DNA from: the human T2T-CHM13v2.0 reference genome, Homo sapiens
Assembly (NCBI RefSeq): GCF_009914755.1
Contig: NC_060933.1
DNA length: 64,000 nt
Reading direction: 5' to 3' (one strand)
Positions 57,556 to 64,000 of this stretch are shown piece after piece. Every line of letters begins with the position of its first letter. Position 1 is the stretch's first letter. Position numbers and translations under genes: made by a program. Under the pieces are notes generated by a model. The model ran no database searches. It was not told the origin of the DNA and worked only from the letters and a program-made list of their open reading frames with translations.

Positions 57556-60500
57556 ATTCCATTCCATTGCATTCCGTTCCATTACATTCCCCTGCACTCG
57601 CGTTGATTCCATTCCATTCCATTCCATTCCATTCCATTCCGTTGTACTCGAGTTGATTCCATTCCATTGCATTCAATTCCATTCCATTCCATTCCATTGT
57701 ACTCGAGTTGATTCCATTCCATTGCATTCCATTCCATTCCATTCCATTCCATTCCGTTGCATTCCATTCCATTACATTCGGATTGATTCTATTCAACTCC
57801 CTTACTCTCCATTACATTCCATTCCATTCGGGTTGTTCCATTCCATTCCATTCCATTCCACTCCATTCCATTGCACTCGGGTTGATTCCATTCCATTCCA
57901 TTCCATTCCATTCCATTCCGGATGATTCCATTCCATTGCATTCCGTTCCATTACATTCCCCTGCACTCGCGTTGATTCCATTCCATTCCATTCCATTCCA
58001 TTCCATTCCATTCAATTCCATTCCATTGCAATTCGTTCCATTCCATTCTATTCCGTACCATTCCATTCCATTCCATACCATTCCATTCCATTCCATTCCA
58101 TTCCGTTCCGTTCTGTTCCTTTTCATTCCATTCCATTCTATTCGGTTTAATTCCATTCCATTCCATTCCATTCCATTCCATTCTATTCCATTCCATTGCA
58201 ATCGAGTTGAATCCATTGCATTTCATTCCATTCCATTCCATTCCATTCCATTCCATTCCATTCCGGAAGATTCCATTCCATTGCATTCCATTCCATTCCA
58301 TTCCCCTGCACTCGCGTTGATTCCATTCCATTCCATTCCATTCCATTCCATTCCGTTCCGTTCAATTCCATTCCATTCCATTCCATTCCATTCCATTCCA
58401 TTCCATTCTATTCGGGTTAATTCCATTCCATTGCATTCGATTGCAATCGAGTTGATTCCGTTCCATTCCATTCCATTCCATTCCATTCCATTCCATTCCA
58501 TTCCTTTCCATTCCATTACGGATGATTCCATTCTATTGCATTCCATTCCATTCCATTCCCCTGTACTCGGGTTGATTCCATTCCATTCCATTCCAATCCA
58601 TGCCATTCCACTCGTGTTGATTCCATTCTTTCCATTCCATTCAAGTTGAATCCATTCCATTGCATTCCATTCCATTCGATTCCATTCGATTGCACGCGGG
58701 TTGATTCCATTTCATTGCATTCCATTCCATTCCATTCCATTCCATTCCATTCCATTCCATTCCGTTCCTCTCCATTCCATTGCACTCGGGTTGATTCCAT
58801 TCCATTGCATTCCATTCCATTCCATTCAATTCCATTCCGTTCCATTCCATTCCATTACATTCGGATTGATTCTATTCAACTCCCTTACTCTCCATTACAT
58901 TCCATTCCATTCGGGTTGTTCCATTCCATTCCATTCCATTCCACTCCATTCCACTGCACTCGGGTTGATTCCATTCCATTCCATTCCATTCCATTCCATT
59001 CCGGAAGATTCCATTCCATTGCATTCCATTCCATTCCATTCCCCTGCACTCGCGTTGATTCCATTCCATTCCATTCTATTCCATTCCATTCCCTTTCTTT
59101 CCGTTCCATTCCATACCATTCCATTCCATTCCGTTCCGTTCCGTTCCATTCCATTCCATTCCATTCTATTTGGGTTAATTCCATTCCATTCCATTCGATT
59201 GCAATCGAGTTGATTCTATTCCATTCCATTCCATTCCATTCCATTCCATTCCATTCCATTCCATTCCTTTCCATTCCATTACGGATGATTCCATTCCATT
59301 GCATTCCATTCCATTCCATTGCATTCCATTCCATTCCATTCCCCTGTACTCGGGTTGACTCCATTCCATTCCATTCCAATCCATGCCATTCCACTCGTGT
59401 TGATTCCATTCTTTCCATTCCATTCAAGTTGAATCCATTCCATTGCATTCCATTCCATTCCATTCCCCTGCAGTCTGGTTGATTCCATTCCATTCCATTC
59501 CATTCCATTCCATTCCATTCCATTCCGTTCCGTTCCGTTCCATTCCATTCCATTGCATTCTATTCGGGTTAATTCCATTCCATTCCATTCCATTCCATTC
59601 CATTCCATTCCATTCCAATCGAGTTGATTCCATTCCATTCCATTCCATTCCATTCCACTCCATTCCAGTCCTTTCCATTCCATTCCACTCGGGTTGATTC
59701 CAATGTATTCCTTTCCATTCCATTCCATTCCATTGCAATCGAGTTGATTCCATTGCTTTGCATTCCATTCCATTCCATTCGATTCCGGATGACTCCATTC
59801 CATTGCATTCCATTCCATTGCATTCCCCTGCAGTCGGGTTGATTCCATTCCATTCCACTCCATTCCATTGCATTCCATTCCATTCCATTGTATTCGGGTT
59901 AATTCCATTCCATTCCATTCCATTCCATTCCATTCCATTACAATCGAGTTGATTCCATTCCATTCCATTCCATTCCATTCCAGTCCTTTCCATTCCATTC
60001 CACTCGGGTTCATTCCATTCTATTAGTTTCCATTCCATTCCGTTCCCTTCCATTCCACTCTGGTTGATTCCATTCCTTTCCATTCCACTCGAATACATTC
60101 CCTCCTATTCCACTCGGAACGATTCCATTCCATTCCATTCCATTCCATTCCATTCCATTCCATTCCATTCCATTTCGTTCCATCACATTCTATTCCGTAT
60201 CATTCCATTCCATTCCATTCCATTCCATTCCATTCCATTCCATTCCACTCGTGTTGATTCCATTCCTTTCCATTCCATTCGGTTTGAAGGCATTCCATTC
60301 CATTCCATTCCATTCCATTCCATTCCATTCCATTCCATTGTACTCGGGTTGATTCCATTCCATTGCATTCCATCCCATTCCATTCCATTCCAATCCGTTG
60401 CATTCCATTCCATTACATTCGGATTGATTCTATTCAACTACCTTACTCTCCATTACATTCCATTCCATTCGGGTTGTTCCATTCCATTCCATTCCATTCC

Positions 60501-60810
60501 ACTCCATTCCATTGCACTCGGGTTGATTCCATTCCTTTCCATTCCATTCCATTCCATTCCGGATGTTTCCATTCCATTGCATTCCGTTCCATTACATTCC
60601 CCTGCACTCGCGTTGATTCCATTCCATTCCATTCCATTCCATTCCATTCAATTCCATTCCATTACAATTCGTTCCATTCCATTCTATTCCGTACCATTCC
60701 ATTCCATTCCATACCATTCCATTCCATTCCATTCCATTCCACTCCATTCCATTGCACTCGGGTTGATTCCATTCCATTCCATTCCATTCCATTCCATTCC
60801 ATTCCGGATG
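57556..60810 (+). repeat. HOR unit 9 (3255 bp; short-beta)
   Basis: ORF set matches units 3 and 7 (313aa at 57708, 278aa at 58646, beta 265aa at 60064). Confidence 0.92.
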
Positions 60811-60846
60811 ATTCCATTCCATTGCATTCCGTTCCATTACATTCCC
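60811..60846 (+). repeat. Right copy of the 36-bp terminal direct repeat of the HOR array (left copy 31431-31466)
   Basis: ATTCCATTCCATTGCATTCCGTTCCATTACATTCCC is identical at both ends. The first mismatch is at 60847 (A vs C) and the sequences diverge fully near 60895. Confidence 0.8.
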
Positions 60847-62439
60847 ATGCACTCGCGTTGATTCCATTCCATTCCATTCCATTCCATTCCATTCACTTCC
60901 ATTCCATTGCAATTCGTTCCATTCCATTCTATTCCGTACCATTCCATTCCATTCCATACCATTCCATTCCATTCCATTCCATTCCGTTCCGTCCTGTTCC
61001 TTTCCATTCCATTCCATTCTATTCGGATTAATTCCATTCCATTCCATTCCATTCCATTCCATTCTATTCCATTCCATTGCAATCGAGTTGAATCCATTGC
61101 ATTTCATTCCATTCCATTCCATTCCATTCCATTCCGGAAGATTCCATTCCATTGCATTCCATTCCATTCCATTCCCCTGCACTCGCGTTGATTCCATTCC
61201 ATTCCATTCCATTCCATTCCATTCCGTTCCGTTCAATTCCATTCCATTCCATTCCATTCCATTCCATTCCATTCCATTCCGTTCCGTTCCATTCCATTCC
61301 ATTCCATTCTATTCGGGTTAATTCCATTCCATTGCATTCGATTGCAATCGAGTTGATTCCGTTCCATTCCATTCCATTCCATTCCATTCCATTCCATTCC
61401 ATTCCTTTCCATTCCATTACGGATGATTCCATTCCATTGCATTCCATTCCATTCCATTCCCCTGTACTCGGGTTGATTCCATTCCATTCCATTCCATTCC
61501 ATTCCATTCCATTCCATTTCGTTCCATTCCACTCTATTCCGTACCATTCCATTCCATTCCTTTCCATTCCAATCCATGCTATTCCACTCGGGTTGATTTC
61601 ATTCCTTTCCATTCCATTCGAGTTGAATCCATTCCATTCCTTTCCGTTCCATTCCATTCCATTCCATTCCATTTCGTTCCATTCCATTCTATTAGGGTTA
61701 ATTCCATTCCATTCCATTCCATTCCATTCCGTTCCATGCCATTCCACTCGGGTTGATTCCATTCCTTTCCATTCCATTCGAGTTGAATCCATTCCATTCC
61801 ATTCTATTCCATTCCATTCCTTTCCATTCCATTCAATTCCATTCTATTCCGGTTAATTCCATTCCATTCCATTCCATTCCATTCCATTTCATTGCAATCG
61901 AGTTGATTCCATTGCATTCCATTCCATTCCATTCCAGTCCTTTCCATTCCATTCCACTCGGGTTGATTCCATTCTATTCCTTTCCATTCCATTCGATTGC
62001 ATTCCATTCCACTCGATTCCATTCCATTCCACTCTGGTTGATTCCATTCCTTTTCATTCCACTCGAAAACATTCCCTTCTATTCCACTCGGAATGATTCC
62101 ATTCCATTCCATTCCATTCCATTCCATTTCGTTCCATTACATTCTATTCTGTACCATTCCACTCCATTCCATTCCATTCCATTCCATGCCATTCCTCTCG
62201 GGTTGATTCCATTCCTTTCCATTCCATTCGGGTTGAGTCCATTCCATTCCATTCCTTTCCATTCCATTCCATTCCATTGCACTCGGGTTGATTCCATTCC
62301 ATTCCATTCCGTTCCATTCCGGATGACTCCATTCCATTGCATTCCATTCCATTCCATTCCCCTGCACTCGGTTTCATTACATTCCATTCCATTCACTTCC
62401 ATTCCATTCCATTCCATTCCATTCCATTCCATTCCATTC

Positions 62440-62770
62440 CATTCCATTCCAATCGAGTTGATTCCATTCCATTCCATTCCATTCCATTCAATTCCGAATG
62501 ATGTCATTCCATTGCCTTCCATTCCATTCCATTCCCCTGCACTCGGGTTGATTCCATTCCATTCCATTCCATCCCATTCCATTCCATTCCATTCCATTTC
62601 GTTCCATTCCATTCTATTCCGTACCATTCCATTCCATTCCATTCCATTCCATTCCAATCGAGTTGATTCCATTCCATTCCATTCCATTCCATTCAATTCC
62701 GAATGATGTCATTCCATTGCCTTCCATTCCATTCCATTCCCCTGCACTCGTGTTGATTCCATTCCATTCC
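62440..62770 (+). repeat. Local 205 bp-offset duplication
   Basis: The otherwise unseen word GAATGATGTCATTCCATTGCCTTCC occurs at 62496 and 62701. Confidence 0.8.
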
Positions 62771-64000
62771 ACTCCATACCATTCCATTCCATTCCATTCC
62801 ATTCCATTCCATTCCATTCCATTCCATTCCGTTCCATTCCGTTCCATTCCATTCCATTCCATTCTATTCGGGTTAATTCCATTCCATTCCATTCCATTCC
62901 ATTCTATTCCATTCCATTGCAATCGAGTTGAATCCATTGCATTTCATGCCATTCCATTCCATTCCATTCCATTCCGGAAGATTCCATTCCATTGCATTCC
63001 ATTCCATTCCATTCCCCTGCACTCGCGTTGATTCCATTCCATTCCATTCCATTCCATTCCATTCCATTCCATTCCATTCCGTTCCATTCCGTTCCGTTCC
63101 ATTCCATTCTATTCCATTCCATTCCATTCCATTCCTTTCCGTTCCATTCCATTCCATTCCATTCCATTCTATTTGGGTTAATTCCATTCCATTCCATTCG
63201 ACTGCAATCGAGTTGATTCCATTCCATTCCATTCCATTCCATTCCATTCCATTCCATTCCTTTCCATTACATTACGGATGATTCCATTCCATTGCATTCC
63301 ATTCCATTCCATTCCCCTGTACTCGGGTTGATTCCATTCCATTCCATTCCAATCCATGCCATTCCACTCGTATTGATTCCATTCTTTCCATTCCATTCAA
63401 GTTGAATCCATTCCATTGCATTCCATTACATTCGATTCCATTCGATTGCACTCGGGTTGATTCCATTCCATTGTATTCCATTCCATTCCATTCCATTCCA
63501 TTCCATTCCATTCCATTCCGTTCCATTCCATTCCATTACATTCGGATTGATTCTATTCAATTCCCTTACACTCCATTACATTCCATTCCATTCGGGTAGT
63601 TTCCATTCCATTCCTCTCCATTCCATTGCACTCGGGTTGATTCCATTCCATTGCATTCCATTCCATACCATTCAATTCCATTCCGTTCCATTCCATTCCA
63701 TTACATTCGGATTGATTCTATTCAACTCCCTTACTCTCCATTACATTCGATTGCATTCGGGTTGTTCAATTCCATTCCATTCCATTCCACTCCATTCCAT
63801 TGCACTCGGGTTGATTCCATTCCATTCCATTCCATTCCGGAAGATTCCATTCCATTGCATTCCCTTACATTCCATTCCCCTGCACTCGCGTTGATTCCAT
63901 TCCATTCCATTCCATTCCATTGCATTCCATTGCATTCCATTCCCCTGCACTCAGGTTGATTCCATTCCATTCCATTCCATTCCATTCCATTCCATTCCAT

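Larger units (their letters stand above)
31431..60810 (+). repeat. Homogeneous higher-order repeat array: 9 tandem units of 3255-3270 bp (29,380 bp total)
   Basis: Identical landmarks recur. The ORF starting MIPFHCIPFHSIPFHSVAF begins at 31583, 34853, 38123, 41378, 44648, 47913, 51183, 54438 and 57708. Unit-specific words (CGTTCCATCACATTC, CAACTACCTTAC, GGATGTTTCC, CAGTCTGGTT, CCGTTGTACTCGAG) occur once per unit. Confidence 0.96.
1..64000 (+). repeat. Satellite III (HSat3)-type pentameric satellite array, (CATTC)n on + strand / (GGAAT)n on - strand
   Basis: Seen: continuous ATTCC pentamers from the first to the last base, interrupted every ~30-150 bp by spacers such as ACTCGGGTTG, AATCGAGTTG, ATTCGGGTTA, ACTCGCGTTG and ACTCGTGTTG. 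Established: (ATTCC)n with interspersed A(T/C)TCGGGTTG defines classical human satellite 3, whereas HSat2 is dominated by CATTCGATTC. Confidence 0.97.
60811..64000 (+). repeat. Diverged HSat3 patchwork (right flank)
   Basis: 60811-61480 parallels the HOR unit interior (~31800-32470) with substitutions, ~61500-62750 carries type-B words, and ~62800-64000 returns to the main module set. Confidence 0.8.

Noticed and set aside
31431-60810. Assignment to DYZ1 (Yq12) or another named HSat3 subfamily or chromosome
   Set aside because: The period (~3.27 kb) does not match the ~3.6 kb DYZ1 unit and the array is short and embedded in diverged sequence. Assignment needs a k-mer or alignment search that I cannot run.
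31431-60810. HOR as a pure assembly artefact (same sequence pasted repeatedly)
   Set aside because: The units carry structured, shared and private differences and have coherent breakpoints. An artefact is therefore unlikely, but read-level confirmation is still needed.
31431-60846. Mobile element or integrated circle with terminal direct repeats
   Set aside because: The unit consists entirely of local satellite modules, with no coding capacity, LTR/TIR or poly(A). Tandem duplication explains it; rolling-circle amplification cannot be excluded but would not readily give the mixed haplotype order.
1-64000. Hundreds of overlapping ORFs (MEWNG.../IPFHS... repeats, up to 454 aa)
   Set aside because: A pure 5-bp repeat (GGAAT or ATTCC) has no stop codon in any frame, and GGAAT supplies an ATG every 5 bp. 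The ORFs overlap in all frames and break at pentamer indels, so there is no sign of coding constraint.
1-64000. CRISPR-like appearance of recurring spacers separated by variable stretches
   Set aside because: The intervening sequence is itself ATTCC repeat of variable length rather than unique spacers, and there are no cas genes or leader.
1-64000. HSat2, alpha satellite/CENP-B box, telomeric repeats, Alu/L1 insertions or strand inversions
   Set aside because: None seen: CATTCGATTC is sparse, there is no 171-bp monomer or TTAGGG tract, no non-satellite interval, and no GGAAT run on the + strand.

Overview
The whole 64 kb is one uninterrupted, single-orientation (CATTC/ATTCC)n satellite. It carries interspersed ~10-bp spacers of the A(C/T)TCGGGTTG / AATCGAGTTG type, the hallmark of human/great-ape Satellite III (HSat3) heterochromatin. 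I found no unique sequence, gene, transposon, RNA gene or inversion, and all ORFs (MEWNG/IPFHS repeats) are translations of the pentamer. The interest is in the internal architecture. (1) 1-31430 and 60811-64000 are older, diverged patchworks built from a small vocabulary of modules, including a second sub-type at about 3.3-9.7 kb and 61.5-62.75 kb. (2) 31431-60810 is a young, near-identical higher-order repeat (HOR) of exactly nine units of 3255-3270 bp, bounded by a 36-bp direct repeat. Two unit haplotypes form a recurring 6525-bp dimer, and there is one recombinant unit and one outlier unit. (3) One recurring module, ATTCCGGAAGATTCC, is a perfect three-unit heat-shock element (nTTCnnGAAnnTTCn): about 40 copies by manual reading, two per HOR unit. 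A perfect 14-bp palindrome, TCGATTGCAATCGA, also recurs. Chromosome and HSat3 subfamily cannot be assigned from the sequence alone. All counts and coordinates were read by eye and with the ORF track, not computed by alignment.
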